Assembly (NCBI GenBank): GCA_030390025.1
Contig: CM059431.1
Location: 94,428,001 to 94,492,000, forward strand
Reading direction: 5' to 3'
Length of the DNA stretch: 64,000 nt
DNA from: Squalus acanthias
Lineage: Eukaryota
Position 1 is the first letter of the stretch; each line of letters opens with the position of its first letter. A program made the translations under genes and the position numbers. This document shows, piece after piece, positions 1 through 13,988 of the stretch. Under the pieces are notes generated by a model, which saw only the letters and a program-made list of their open reading frames with translations, ran no database searches and had not been told where the DNA came from.

Positions 1-1261
1 TCCAGAACTGGATGTCGGACAAGCAGTCTGCCAATTTAGAGACCGTGGAGGGGTCGAGAGAGGTGGTGGTGAGGTAGAGCTGGGTGTCGTCAGCCTACAT
101 GGGGAAACTGACGCTGTGTTTTCGGATGATGTCGCCAAGGGGCAGCATGTAGGTCAGAAATAGGAGGGGGCCAAGGATAGATCCTTGGGGGACACCAGAG
201 GTAACGATGCGGGAGTGGGAAGTTAAGCCGTTGCAGGTGATTCTCTGGCTACGATTAGATCAATAAGAATGGAACCAGGCGTGTGCAGTCCCACCCAGCT
301 GGATGACGGTGGATAGGCGCTGGAGAAGGTTGGAGTGGTCAAATGTGTCAAAGGCTGCTGACAATCAAGAAGGACGAGAAGGGATAGTTTACCTTTGTCA
401 CAGTCACAAAGGATGTCATTTGTGACTTTGATGAGAGCCGTTTCTGTACCATGGCAGGGGCGGAAACCTAATTGGAGGGATTCAAATATGGAGTTTCAGG
501 AAAGATGGGCATGGATTTGGAAGGCGACTACATGTTCAAGGACTTTGGAGAGGAAAGGGAGGTTGGAGATGGGGCAGTAGTTTGTAAGGACGGAGGGCTC
601 AAGGGTTGGTTTTTTGAGAAGAGGGGAGATGACATCAGATTTGAGGGAGAGGGGGACAGTACCTGAGGAGAGAGAACCGTTAACAATGTCAGCTAACATG
701 GGAGCCAGAAAAGGAAGTAGGCTGATCAGTAGTTTGGTGGGAATATTGTCGAGGGAGCAGGAAGTGGATCTCAGGGACAAGATGAGCACGGAGAGGTCAT
801 GAGGGTAGATCGGAGAGTAACTGGAGAAAGATGTGAGTTCAGGGCTAGGGCAGGGGGAACCTTAGAGGAAGTTTGGCCTGGTGGGCTAGGGGAAGGAAGG
901 GCAGTGTCAGAGGCAGCGGAATGGATGGTCTCAATCTTAGAGACAAAGAAGTCCATGAGCTTCTCACACTTGATGTCGGAGGTGAGGGTGGAGGAGACAG
1001 GGGAGAGGGGTTTAAGAAGACAGTTAGCAGTAGAGAATAGAAGCCGGGGTTTATCTTTGTATTCCAGAATGATTCTGGAATAGTGAGCAATTTTTGCAGA
1101 TGAGAGCAAGACCCAATAATGCTTTATGTGGTCCAGCCAGATCTGGCAATGAATAGCTAAACCAGTTGTCTGTCATATCCGTTCAAATCTGCGTCCCTTG
1201 GACTTAAGGGAGTGAAGATGAGGGCCGTACCAGGGGGAACGGCTAGGGTGAGAGAGAGTTA

Positions 1262-2154
1262 GGGGGAGAAATTCAGTATCGCCCCATTTGGGGCGCAATT
1301 ATCGGCCGGGCACAAAGATTAGCGCCTGGTGCTAATTATCGCCACCGACTGCAAACTTGACTTTTATCGACCCTGGAGGTGATTGGAGCGCTAAATCAGG
1401 CGCTTCACACCTGTCTTAAGGCGCAAAGGCTGAGGAGCGAGGCGCTACCTCAGAGCACTGGCGAAGCTCATGTAATGTCAGTCAGCAATGGAACACACAC
1501 ACAATGGCATGGGCCAGTTCTTAAAGGGGATGGTTAATCTTGCTTTCCATCCACATTCTGCTCATTGCAGCCTTGAATCTCAGCCTGGAAAGACCTGCAC
1601 ATCAAATCTGCTGGAAAGAACAATGGAGAGTACGAGGTAAAGAGCTCAGAGTGCAGCCCCGACAGTCTCTGCTAAATCGATACAAGGAATGGCAAATCAA
1701 AATGAACCTGCAAAGTGCTGCTCAGTACCCAAAACTCCTTCACACAACGTTGAATCTCTCCAGAAGTATCTCTCTCTCTCTCTCAGAATGCGTAGTTCAA
1801 AAATGGCACCAACATTAAAAGGCAGGAAGCGGTCACCTTTAAATAGTGCTCCCCCTTTCCCTTCATGACTGCAGAACGCTCCCCTCAACCTGTCGTTGCT
1901 AGCGTCAGGCGGTAAGGCAGGGGGCGCCACTCAATATCCGCTCCGGGGCGATACCGGGGCGTTGCGCACTCGACTGACATCACGATCTGCCGGCGCAGGA
2001 GATCGTGGCGGTAGTGTTTAGCACCGCCGCAAAATGTCTAGTTAATTTCGCGAGCGGCGCAAACTTCACCGTGCCTGGGCGCTAGATGCTTTGCGCCCCA
2101 TTAGCGCCCTCTTAAGGCGCTAACGGGAGGCGCAACCAACTGAATTTTTCCCCC
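1262..2154 (+). mobile_element. 893-bp non-autonomous Harbinger (MITE), copy A1
   Basis: TIR GGGGAGAAATTCAGT/ACTGAATTTTTCCCC; 3-bp TSD tta/taa; empty site at 23460 in copy C; ends homologous to Harbinger 17336-21486. Confidence 0.92.
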
Positions 2155-2672
2155 TAATTGTTTTAATAGGGACTAGGACATCAAAGGTGGTGAGGGTGTG
2201 GTTGAGCAGATCGGTAGCTACAGAAATGTCATGGTGAATGAATGGCCAAAGGCTGGACAGTTGGGATTTCATAACTGCAGTTGTAAAAGAGTTGGGAGAG
2301 AGTTTTTTCCAGGGGCGGACACAGAAGGAAGTAGGGTTGTCGGGGAGCCGGGGTTGGGGGGGGGGGGGCGGCGGTTGGGCGGTGTGTGATAGGGGGATGT
2401 GGGTGGAGAGCGATACGAGGAAGCGGTCAGAATAGCCTTATCGGTGATTGCTACGATGGGAGTAGCAAGGCCCGAGAGATGGCAAGGGGATAGCTGTGGA
2501 TATGGGTTGGGGAGTTTACATGGAGGGAGACATTAAGGGAGGATAGGATGGTAGTGAACTCAGAGGAGAGACAGCATGATGAATTGAGATGGAGGTTGAA
2601 ATCACCGAGAATGAGAAGTCGTTTGGTACAGAGGCTGAGGGAGGAAAGCAGTGAAGATATCTCTGAAATAAC

Positions 2673-3565
2673 GGGGGAGAAATTCAGTATCGCCCCATTT
2701 GGGGCGCAATTATCGGCTGGGCGCAAAAATTAGCGCCTGGCGCTAATTATCGCCACCGACTGCAAACTTGACTTTTATCGCCCCTGGAGGTGATTGGAGC
2801 GCTAAATCAGGCGCCTCACACCTGTCTTAAGGCGCAAAGGCCGAGGAGCAAGGCGCTACCTCAGAGCGCTGGCGAAGCTCATGTGATGTCAGTCAGCAAT
2901 GGAACACACACACAATGGCACGGGCCAGTTCTTAAAGGGGATGGTTAATCTTGCTTTCCATCCGCATCCTGCTCATTGCAGCCTTGAATCTAGGCCTGGA
3001 GAGACCTGCACATCAAATCTGTTGGAAAGAACAATGCAGAGTACCAGGCAAAGAGCTCAGAGTGCAGCCCCCACAGTCTCTGCTAAATCGATACAAGGAA
3101 TGGCAAATCAAAATGAACCAGCAAAGTGCTGCTCAGTACCCAAAACTCCTTCACACAACGTTGAATCTCTCCAGAAGTCTCTCCCTCTCTCTCTCAGAAT
3201 GCATAGTTCAAAAATGGCACCAACAATAAAAGGCAGGAAGCGGTCACCTTTAAATAGCGCTCCCCCTTTCCCTACATGACTGCAGAACGCTCCCCTCAAC
3301 CTGTCGTTGCTAGCATCAGGCGGTAAGGCAGGGGACGCCAATCAATATCCGCTCCGGGGCGATACCGGGGCGTTGCGCACTCGAGTGACGTCACGATCTG
3401 CCAGCGCAGGAGATCGTGGCGGTAGTGTTTAGCGCTGCCGCAAAATGTCTAGTTAATTTCGTGAGTGGCGCAAACTTCGCCGCGCCTGGGCGCCAGATGC
3501 TTTGTGCCCCATTAGCGCCCTCTTAAGGCGCTAACGGGAGGCGCAACCAATTGAATTTTTCCCCC
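2673..3565 (+). mobile_element. 893-bp Harbinger MITE, copy A2
   Basis: Same TIRs; TSD aac/aac; empty site at ~23938. Confidence 0.92.
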
Positions 3566-4962
3566 AACATTTTTATGGTGCTTGGGTGAGCAGTAAAGAA
3601 CGAGAATTTTAAATGAGAGGTGAGAGGGGTGGAATAAGTTGAGATGCTCAAAGGAGGAGAAAGTGCCGGAGGAGTAGGGGAACAGACCAAGGTGTGATTT
3701 GGTGATGTGAGCCACACCGCCACCAGTGCGGTCTGAACGGGGCAAGTGGTGGAAGGTATAGCCAGGTAGGGAGGCTTCATTTAAGGGTAAGGTGTCATCA
3801 CCTCTCAACCAAGTTTCCGTCAGGGCCATGATGTCAATGCAATCAACCACGATAGCTCATGGATGACAAGGGCCTTGTTCGCAAGTGAACGGACAGTCTG
3901 GAGGGAGATACGGAGAGGGTCGGTAATGGCTGACCCACTGCCAGCGTCCACAGGGTCAGCGCTAGGAGGGGGAGTTGGACGGGGAGAAGATTGGCAAGTT
4001 AACCACCAGTGGGCGCGCTGGGCGGGAAGGTCGGCGAAAGTTTAGGATGGGATAGTTGGGGTTGCTGCTCGTAAGGAGGCAGCGACGAGTGCTTCAATGG
4101 ACCCATCGTAGGATGCCAAGACAGGCACAGAGGGATGCTGTAGGTTTATCTAAGCAGGAGTCAAGCCTAGGACGGCGGCAGGAGAGTACGAAGGTCGAAA
4201 AGCAATGAAGGATTGGTGTAGGGATTTGGGAGGGCAGAGTATCTGAGAGAGGAGAGATAAAAGGAGGCATGACGACAGGAGAGAGTGGTCAGGGAGGGAT
4301 AGAGGGAAAAGGAAAAGGGGGAGAAAAAGTGGAAAAGTATTGTACTATTAAGTACTATCAAACTTTTAATAAAAATTAAGATGTATTAAAACAAGCTTAA
4401 GAAAGAAGAAACAGTACGCGAATACCTCAAAGGAACAAGTGCAGTCTTCCTATAAAGTCATGTGGATGTGCTAAAGAGAAGCAGGAATCCAGGGATTGAA
4501 GCCCAGAATCTCTCAGAAATCTTCAAATCACCAAACAGATGGGAGAATTTCCTTCTTCTGTGTTAGAGATTACAACAGTTCAGGCAGTATGAGCAGAATC
4601 TGCTCACAAATCAGATGGGTTACAAGTTGCAGCCTTTGGACTTACACCTCTCATCGTTTTCTAGCATTACCGTTCCATTAGGCCAAGCTCGCGGGGAGAA
4701 GGTGCGACATTTGTCTTCACTTTGGGCTGAATTTCCTGTCACTGTTCACAATTATCTAACTTGCTGTGGTGATAAAATAGGCTCCTCTAATCTGTGTCGC
4801 AAGCCTGTTGAATGTTTGTACAGTTATACCAGTGTTTTCACTACCTTCGAGATCTTTTCTATTGTGTTTGCTATAATGCTCAACTGCCAGGTGGATTTCA
4901 CAGACTAATTGCTATAGAATTACTGTGGGCAGGTTTTTCCTGTAACATTTTCTATTCTTTTA

Positions 4963-5335
4963 GGGTGTTGGTTCAAATCTCACTCCAGAGAATGGAGCAC
5001 ATAATCGAGGCTAGCACATCAGTGCAGTATTGAGGGAGTGCTGCACTGTTGGAGGTGCCGTCTTTCAGATGAGTCGTTAAACTGATCTCCCATCTACCCT
5101 CTCAGGTGGATGTAAATGATTCCATGGCACTATTTTGATGTACTGGACAATATTTATCCCTCAACCAACATTATTAAAACAGATTATCTGGTCATTATCA
5201 CATTGCTGTTTGTGGGACCTTGCTGTGTGCAAGTTGGCTTCTGCATTTTCGACATTACAACAGTAACTACAATTCAAAAGTACTTAATTGGCTGTTGAAA
5301 TGCTTTGGGAAGACTTGCGTTCATGGAAATCATTA
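4963..5335 (+). mobile_element. tRNA-derived Deu-domain SINE (SacSINE1/AmnSINE1-like)
   Basis: B-box ggttcaaatc, then Deu-core CAGTATTGAGGGAGTGCTGCACTGTTGGAGGTGCCGTCTTTCAGATGAG; copies at 13989-14360 and 29418-34420 (split). Confidence 0.8.
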
Positions 5336-5948
5336 TAAGTCACCCATTTCACATCTTTATGGTTTTATTTTCCAAGTGTTAGTCATGTCTACATGCTCTC
5401 TTTCTTCTCTAATTAACTTACTGTCTTCAATGGGCTTAAATTACAAAGGAAATTATATAGACGGAAATAACAACGTGTCACTCTAAAATGCCAAACTTGT
5501 TAATTATACAGCTCTATACGAGGTTGTTGATTGGCGCCAGTGAAAATTCCACTGTCAGACCACCTGTACTGAATGAATCAAACAGGCTCAAGCTGCCTGA
5601 AGTGAGCATCCATAGAGAGATAGGTGGGCTAAGGCTGCAACATTTGCAAACAAGATCCAAGGATTGCAGGGATTGGGCTTTGTAAATATTAAGGGGACTG
5701 AATTTCTTTACCCACTCCCCCTCGCCAGAATGTTAGACAGGAGCACCTGAACTGCACTGCCTGCCCAGGCCAAAGTGCAGCTAATTTTGGTTCACATGGC
5801 TCCGTCACACCTGAAGCATGGACACGTCCCTGCTCCCTCCTCTCTACCCAATCAGGACCTTGTCCAAAACAGGAGGCAGGAATAGCCTGAAGCCCACAGC
5901 TACAGATCTAAATATCGACTTCAAACTAGTCCTGCAATATAATTGCCA

Positions 5949-6247
5949 CATCTCTTCTAGGAATGTCCACCTTGAAGAAGTTCTGCTCTTCTCTCTGACG
6001 GGATTTCCATTTGTCTCTTTTACCTTGATCATCTTCATTGCTTTCTGTTTCCCTTCTCATGTTTGATCAGGTACACTTGCTTAAAAACCTGTTCCATCTC
6101 CAACTTTTTCCAGTTCTGACGAAGGGTCATTGACCTGAATCGTTAACTTTGTTTCTCTCTCTACAGATGCTGCCTGACCTGCTGAGTATTTCCAGCATTT
6201 TCTGTTTTTATTTCAGATTTCCAGCACCCGCAGTATTTTGCTTTTCT
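5949..6247 (+). mobile_element. Penelope-like element 3' end/pLTR with minimal hammerhead motif
   Basis: CTGACGA-AGGGTC/GACCT-GAAT at 6116-6140; flanked by duplication gtcctgcaatataattgYcc; absent in copy C (35010-35035). Confidence 0.75.
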
Positions 6248-6549
6248 GTCCTGCAATATAATTGTCCACTTACCTTTTAGCCTTGTTGCCTGGTCTCATG
6301 ACACTCCCTGATCTGAGGGCTCACTGGCACTTGGTCCCATTAACACTTCTTCAGGTGTCCCTGCATCTGTTGTCCGACTGACCAAAACACAGGGAAATGA
6401 GGCAGGAAGCTCAAGAAGGTCCCTTCCTACCTTAGTTAAATAAGTTAATTGGGCCTGCACCTATTATTAGGCCACATAAGGGGTGGCAGAGACTCGGCAT
6501 AATGGGTCTCTGGCACCGTCTCAACCCACTGAAATTGGCCTTCCTACAA

Positions 6550-7790
6550 TTAAATATTTTTACTCCAGATTACTCACTGTCCTTTTCCATAACTAACCTA
6601 AACCTTATGGTACAATGATCACTGTTCCCTAAATGTTCCCCCACTGACACTTGCTCCACTTGACCCACCTCATTTCCCAGAACCAGATCCAGCAGTGCCT
6701 CCTTCCTGGTTGAGCCAGAAACGTACTGATCATGGGAGTTCTCCTGAACACACTTCAGAAATTCTTCCCCCTCTCTGCCCTTTACACTATTACTATCCCA
6801 GTCTATATTAGGATAATTGAAGTCCCCCATTATCACTTCTCTATAGTTCTTGCACCTCTCTGTAATTTCCCTGCAAATTTGCTCCTCTATATCTTTCCCA
6901 CGAGTAGGTGGCATATAGAATACACCTAGTAGTGTAATAGCACCTCTATTGTTTCTTAATTCTAACCAAATAGATTCTCTCTTTGATCCCTCCAGGACAT
7001 CCTCTCTCTCCAGCATGGTAACATATTCCTTAATCAATACTGCCACCCCACCTACTTTTTTTCCTTCCCTATCATTCCTGAACACCTTATATCCAGGAAT
7101 ATTTAAAACCCAATCCTGCCCTTTTTTGAGCCAGGTCTCTGTTATCACCACGACATCATATTTGCATGTGGCTATTTGCGCCTGCAGCTCACCAACCTTA
7201 TTTACCTCGCTTCGTGCGTTTACATATGTGCTCTGCTAAGCTATCTTAGATCTTCTTTTATTCTCTCTTAGCCTGACCCCACCTAATACTGTACTATTTC
7301 TTACTCTAGTGCTATCTGTCACACCCAAACCTTTGTGCACTTTGTTTCTCCTTTCTAATGCTACATCCTGGTGCCCATCCCCCTGACAAATTAGATTAAA
7401 CCCTCCCCAACAGCACTAGCAAACCCACCCTGCGGGGACATTGGTTCCAGCTCTGTTGAGATGCAACCTGTCCGGCCTGTCCAGGTCCCATCTCCCCCAC
7501 AACTGGTCCCAATGCCCCAGGAATCTGAAGTCCTCCCTTTTGCACCATCTCACCAGCCACGCATTCATCTGCTCCATCCTCTTATCTCTATTCACTCGCT
7601 CGTGGCACCGGGAGTAATCCGGAGATTACTACCTTTGAGGTCCTGCTTTTTAATCTCTTTCCTAGCTCCCTAAAACCTACCTGCAGGACCTCATCCCTCT
7701 TTCTACCCATGCCATTGATACCAATATGGACCACGACCTCTGGCTGTTCACCCTCCCCCCTCAGAACGTTCTGCAGCCGCTCAGTGACAT
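6550..7790 (-). mobile_element. CR1 LINE fragment (ORF1 esterase end plus ORF2 APE endonuclease)
   Basis: VVVHIGIN..KVVISGLLP; ITETWL, MGDFNYPNIDW, LLDLVL, GNSDH. Confidence 0.9.
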
Positions 7791-10285
7791 GCCACTCCTC
7801 ATGCAAAACGAACATCTCAAGAACTCTTAACAAGTTGATGAGTTGGACACCGAGTTAGAGAAGGAAAGATATGTAAGAAAACCTAAAGCCCAGTCAACAA
7901 TAAGGGTTATTTTTAGGAGAGGGAGGTAGCAGGAAGTGAGTTCGACATGGCAGAAGTTTAGCGCCTGAATAATCAGCCTCCAATGTAATTTACAGGTCTG
8001 AGCTGCAATACAAGATTCTGCAGTTAAACTTCAGGTTCACACAAAATGACCAGTGCCTCAATGTGTTTAGTCACCACCCTCATTTTCAGTATGTGCAGCT
8101 GATCCGCTGAGCATGGAGTGGTGTTACCAATGGCTACTGTTCTCTTGTTCCTTCCTGAAAGAAGCTGAGGGGTGTTAGGAAGGCGATTATTTGATCACCA
8201 TTTTAACACTAATCAAGGTTTACTACAACAACAACAACTTGTATTTATATAGCACCTTTAACATAGTAAAACGTCCCAAGGCGCTTCACAGGAGTGTTAT
8301 AAGACAAGAACTTTGACACTGAGCCACATAGGGAGAAATTAGGGCTGGTGACCAAAAGCTTGGTCAAAGACGTAGGTTTTAAGGAGCGTCTTAAAGTAGG
8401 AAAGAGAGGTAGAGATGCGGAGAGGTTTAAGCATGGAATTCCAGAGCTTAGGTCCGAGGCAACAGAAGACATAGTCACCTATTGTTGAGCGATTATAATC
8501 AGGGATGCTCAAGAGGGCAGAAATAGAGGAGCGCAGATATCTCTGGGGGTTATGGGGCTGGAGGAGGTTACAGAGATAGGGAGGGGTGAGGCCATAGAGG
8601 GATTTGAAAACAAGGATGAGAATTTTAAAATCGAGGCATTGCTTAACCGGGAGCAAAAGTAGGTTTAGCGAGCACAGGGGAAATGGGTGAACGGGACTTG
8701 GTGCGACTTAGGACACAGGCAGACGAGTTTTGGATGACCTCAAGCATGGATGAGGGTTTCAGCAGTGTATTAGCTGAGGCAAGGGCGGAAACGTGCGATG
8801 TTACGGAGGTGAAAATAGGCGTTATTAGTTATGCCGCGGATATGTAGTCGGAAGCTCATTTCAGGGTCCAATATGACACCAAGGTTGTGACCAGTGAGGC
8901 TCAGCCTCAGACAGATGTTAGGGAGAGTGATGTAGTCAATGGCTAGTGAACGGAGTTTGTGTCGGGGACCGAAAACAATGGCTTCGGTCCTCCCAATATT
9001 TATTTGGAGAAAATTTCTGCTCTTCCAGAACTGGATGTCGGACAAGCAGTCTGCCAATTTAGAGACGGTGGAGGGGTCGAGAGAGGTGGTGGTGAGGTAG
9101 AGCTGGGTGTCGTCAGCCTACATGGGGAAACTGACGCTGTGTTTTCGGATGATGTCGCCAAGGGGCAGCATGTAGGTCAGAAATAGGAGGGGGCCAAGGA
9201 TAGATCCTTGGGGGACACCAGAGGTAACGATGCGGGAGTGGGAAGTTAAGCTGTTGCAGGTGATTCTCTGGCTACGATTAGATCAATAAGAATGGAACCA
9301 GGCGTGTGCAGTCCCACCCAGCTGGATGACGGTGGATAGGCGCTGGAGAAGGTTGGAGTGGTCAAATGTGTCAAAGGCTGCTGACAATCAAGAAGGACGA
9401 GGAGGGATAGTTTACCTTTGTCACAGTCACAAAGGATGTCATTTGTGACTTTGATGAGAGCCGTTTCTGTACCATGGCAGGGGCGGAAACCTAATTGGAG
9501 GGATTCAAATATGGAGTTGCAGGAAAGATGGGCATGGATTTGGAAGGCGACTACATGTTCAAGGACTTTGGAGAGGAAAAGGAGGTTGGAGATGGGGCAG
9601 TAGTTTGTAAGGACAGAGGGCTCAAGGGTTGGTTTTTTGAGAAGAGGGGAGATGACATCAGATTTGAGGGAGAGGGGGACAGTACCTGAGGAGAGAGAAC
9701 CGTTAACAATGTCAGCTAACATGGGAGCCAGAAAAGGAAGTAGGCTGATCAGTAGTTTGGTGGGAATATTGTCGAGGGAGCAGGAAGTGGATCTCAGGGA
9801 CAAGATGAGCATGGAGAGGTCATGAGGATAGATCGGAGAGTAACTGGAGAAAGATGTGAGTTCAGGGCTAGGGCAGGGGGGAACCTTAGAGGAAGTTTGG
9901 CCTGGTGGGCTAGGGGAAGGAAGGGCAGTGTCAGAGGCAGCGGAATGGATGGTCTCAATCTTAGAGACAAAGAAGTCCATGAGCTTCTCACACTTGATGT
10001 CGGAGTTGAGGGTGGAGGAGACAGGGGAGAGGGGTTTAAGAAGACAGTTAGCAGTAGAGAATAGAAGCCGGGGTTTATCTTTGTATTCCAGAATGATTCT
10101 GGAATAGTGAGCAATTTTTGCAGATGAGAGCAAGACCCAATAATGCTTTATGTGGTCCAGCCAGATCTGGCAATGAATAGCTAAACCAGTTGTCTGCCAT
10201 ATCCGTTCAAATCTGCGTCCCTTGGACTTAAGGGAGTGAAGATGAGGGCCGTACCAGGGGGAACGGCTAGGGTGAGAGAGAGTTA

Positions 10286-11178
10286 GGTGGAGAAATTCAG
10301 TATCGCCCCATTTGGGGCGCAATTATCGGCCGGGCGTAAAGATTAGCGCCTGGTGCTAATTATCGCCACCGACTGCAAACTTGACTTTTATCGACCCTGG
10401 AGGTGATTGGAGCGCTAAATCAGGCGCTTCACACCTGTCTTAAGGCGCAAAGGCTGAGGAGCGAGGCGCTAACTCAGAGCGCTGGCGAAGCTCATGTAAT
10501 GTCAGTCAGCAATGGAACACACACACAATGGCACGGGCCAGTTCTTAAAGGGGATGGTTAATCTTGCTTTCCATCCACATCCTGCTCATTGCAGCCTTGA
10601 ATCTCAGCCTGGAGAGACCTGCACATCAAATCTGCTGGAAAGAACAATGGAGAGTACGAGGCAAAGAGCTCAGAGTGCAGCCCCCACAGTCTCTGCTAAA
10701 TCGATACAAGGAATGGCAAATCAAAATGAACCTGCAAAGTGCTGCTCAGTACCCAAAACTCCTTCACACAACGTTGAATCTCTCCAGAAGTCTCTCTCTC
10801 TCTCTCTCAGAATGCGTAGTTCAAAAATGGCACCAACATTAAAAGGCAGGAAGCGGTCACCTTTAAATAGTGCTCCCCCTTTCCCTTCATGACTGCAGAA
10901 CGCTCCCCTCAACCTGTCGTTGCTAGCGTCAGGCGGTAAGGCAGGGGGCGCCACTCAATATCCGCTCCGGGGCGATACCGGGGCGTTGCGCACTCGACTG
11001 ACATCACGATCTGCCGGCGCAGGAGATCGTGGCGGTAGTGTTTAGCACCGCCGCAAAATGTCTAGTTAATTTCGCGAGCGGCGCAAACTTCACCGTGCCT
11101 GGGCGCTAGATGCTTTGCGCCCCATTAGCGCCCTCTTAAGGCGCTAACGGGAGGCGCAACCAACTGAATTTTTCCCCC
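10286..11178 (+). mobile_element. 893-bp Harbinger MITE, copy B1
   Basis: Duplicate of 1262-2154. Confidence 0.92.
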
Positions 11179-11698
11179 TAATTGTTTTAATAGGGACTAG
11201 AACATCAAAGGTGGTGAGGGTGTGGTTGAGCAGATCGGTAGCTGCAGAAACGTCATGGTGAATGAATGGCCAAAGGCTGGACAGTTGGGATTTCAGAACT
11301 GCAGTTGTAAAAGAGTTGGGAGAGAGTTTTTTCCAGGGGCGGACACAGAAGGAAGTAGGGTTGTCGGGGAGCCGGGGTTGGGGGGGGGTGGCGGTTGGGC
11401 GGTGTGTGATAGGGGGATGTGGGTGGAGAGCGATACGAGGAAGTGGTCAGAATAGCCTTATCGGTGATTGCTACGATGGGAGTAGCGAGGCCCGAGAGAT
11501 GGCAAGGTCAAGGGGGTAGCTGTGGATATGGGTTGGGGAGTTTACATGGAGGGAGACATTAAGGGAGGATAGGATGGTAGTGAACTCAGAGGAGAGACAG
11601 CATGATGAATTGAGATGGAGGTTGAAATCACCGAGAATGAGAAGTCGTTTGGTACAGAGGCTGAGGGAGGAAAGCAATGAAGATATCTCTGAAATAAC

Positions 11699-12591
11699 GG
11701 GGGAGAAATTCAGTATCGCCCCATTTGGGGCGCAATTATCGGCCGGGCGCAAAAATTAGCGCCTGGCGCTAATTATCGCCACCGACTGCAAACTTGACTT
11801 TTATCGCCCCTGGAGGTGATTGGAGCGCTAAATCAGGCGCCTCACACCTGTCTTAAGGCGCAAAGGCCGAGGAGCGAGGCGCTACCTCAGAGCGCTGGCG
11901 AAGCTCATGTGATGTCAGTCAGCAATGGAACACACACACAATGGCACGGGCCAGTTCTTAAAGGGGATGGTTAATCTTGCTTTCCATCTGCATCCTGCTC
12001 ATTGCAGCCTTGAATCTAGGCCTGGAGAGACCTGCACATCAAATCTGCTGGAAAGAACAATGGAGAGTACCAGGCAAAGAGCTCAGAGTGCAGCCCCCAC
12101 AGTCTCTGCTAAATCGATACAAGGAATGGCAAATCAAAATGAACCTGCAAAGTGCTGCTCAGTACCCAAAACGCCTTCACACAACGTTGAATCTCTCCAG
12201 AAGTCTCTCCCTCTCTCTCTCAGAATGCGTAGTTCAAAAATGGCACCAACAATAAAAGGCAGGAAGCGGTCACCGTTAAATAGCGCTCCCCCTTTCCCTA
12301 CATGACTGCAGAACGCTCCCCTCAACCTGTCGTTGCTAGCGTCAGGCAGTAAGGCAGGGGGCGCCACTCAATATCCGCTCCGGGGCGATACCGGGGCGTT
12401 GCGCACTCGAGTGACGTCACGATCTGCCGGCGCAGGAGATCGTGGCGGTAGTGTTTAGCGCCGCCGCAAAATGTCTAGTTAATTTCGCGAGCGGCGCAAA
12501 CTTCGCCACGCCTGGGCGCCAGATGCTTTGCGCCCCATTAGCGCCCTCTTAAGGCGCTAACGGGAGGCGCAACCAATTGAATTTTTCCCCC
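11699..12591 (+). mobile_element. 893-bp Harbinger MITE, copy B2
   Basis: Duplicate of 2673-3565; TSD aac. Confidence 0.92.
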
Positions 12592-13988
12592 AACATTTTT
12601 ATGGTGCTTGGGTGAGCAGTAAAGAATGAGAATTTTAAATGAGAGGTGAGAGGGGTGGAATAAGTTGAGATGCTCAAAGGAGGAGAAAGTGCCGGAGGAG
12701 TAGGGGAACAGACCAAGGTGTGATTTGGTGATGTGAGCCACACCGCCACCAGTGCGGTCTGAACGGGGCAAGTGGTGGAAGGTATAGCCAGGTAGGGAGG
12801 CTTCATTTAAGGGTAAGGTGTCATCACCTCTCAACCAAGTTTCCGTCAGGGCCATGATGTCAATGCAATCAACCACGATAGCTCATGGATGACAAGGGCC
12901 TTGTTCGCAAGTGAACGGACAGTCTGGAGGGAGATACGGAGAGGGTCGGTAATGGCTGACCCACTGCCAGCGTCCACAGGGTCAGCGCTAGGAGGGGGAG
13001 TTGGACGGGGAGAAGATTGGCAAGTTAACCGCCAGTGGGCGCGCTGGGCGGGAAGGTCGGCGAGAGTTTAGGATGGGATAGTTGGGGTTGCTGCTCGTAA
13101 GGAGGCAGCGACGAGTGCTTCAATGGACCCATCGTAGGATGCCAAGACAGGCACAGAGGGATGCTGTAGGTTTATCTAAGCAGGAGTCAAGCCTAGGACG
13201 GTGGCAGGAGAGTACGAAGGTCGAAAAGCAATGAAGGATTGGTGTAGGGATTTGGGAGGGCAGAGTATCCGAGAGAGGAGAGATAAAAGGAGGCATGACG
13301 ACAGGAGAGAGTGGTCAGGGAGGGATAGAGGGAAAAGGAAAAGGGGGAGAAAAAGTGGAAAAGTATTGTACTATTAAGTACTATCAAACTTTTAATAAAA
13401 ATTAAGATGTATTAAAACAAGCTTAAGAAAGAAGAAACAGTACGCGAATACCTCAAAGGAACAAGTGCAGTCTTCCTATAAAGTCATGTGGATGCGCTAA
13501 AGAGAAGCAGGAATCTAGGGATTGAAGCCCAGAATCTCTCAGAAATCTTCAAATCACCAAACAGATGGGAGAATTTCCTTCTTCTGTGTTAGAGATTACA
13601 ACAGTTCAGGCAGTATGAGCAGAATCTGCTCACAAATCAGATGGGTTACAAGTTGCAGCCTTTGGACTTACACCTCTCATCGTTTTCTAGCATTACCGTT
13701 CCATTAGGCCAAGCTCGCGGGGAGAAGGTGCGACATTTGTCTTCACTTTGGGCTGAATTTCCTGTCACTGTTCGCAATTATCTAACTTGCTGTGGTGATA
13801 AAATAGGCTCCTCTAATCTGTGTCGCAAGCCTGTTGAATGTTTGTACAGTTATACCAGTGTTTTCACTACCTTCGAGATCTTTTCTATTGTGTTTGCTAT
13901 AATGCTCAACTGCCAGGTGGATTTCACAGACTAATTGCTATAGAATTACTGTGGGCAGGTTTTTCCTGTAACATTTTCTATTCTTTTA

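Larger units (their letters stand above)
1..4335 (-). mobile_element. L2-clade LINE, copy A (APE-RT pseudogene, interrupted by two MITEs)
   Basis: APE motifs IMALTETWL and ILGDFNLH; RT-region PISNLPFLSKVLE. Confidence 0.9.
8225..13360 (-). mobile_element. L2-clade LINE, copy B, with (TTG)n 3' tail and two MITEs
   Basis: 3' end TGTGAAGCGCCTTGGGACGTTTTAC..TATATAAATACAAG(TTG)n on the minus strand; RT and APE fragments. Confidence 0.92.

Noticed and set aside
2899..3341. Recurrent 77-126 aa MITE ORFs (MEHTHNG.., MAPPALPP..)
   Set aside because: Recurrence reflects young MITE copies; no recognisable domain
4845..4906. Possible minus-strand micro-exon (CEIHLAVEHYSKHNRKDLE)
   Set aside because: Splice signals are only suggestive and no partner exons were found
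4963..4990. tRNA gene suggested by B-box motifs (also 29525, 51228)
   Set aside because: No cloverleaf; these are a SINE head and LTR motifs
7801..7930. Possible exon VDELDTELEKERY|gtaag in a spacer
   Set aside because: Upstream in-frame stop, weak acceptor, no recognisable homology
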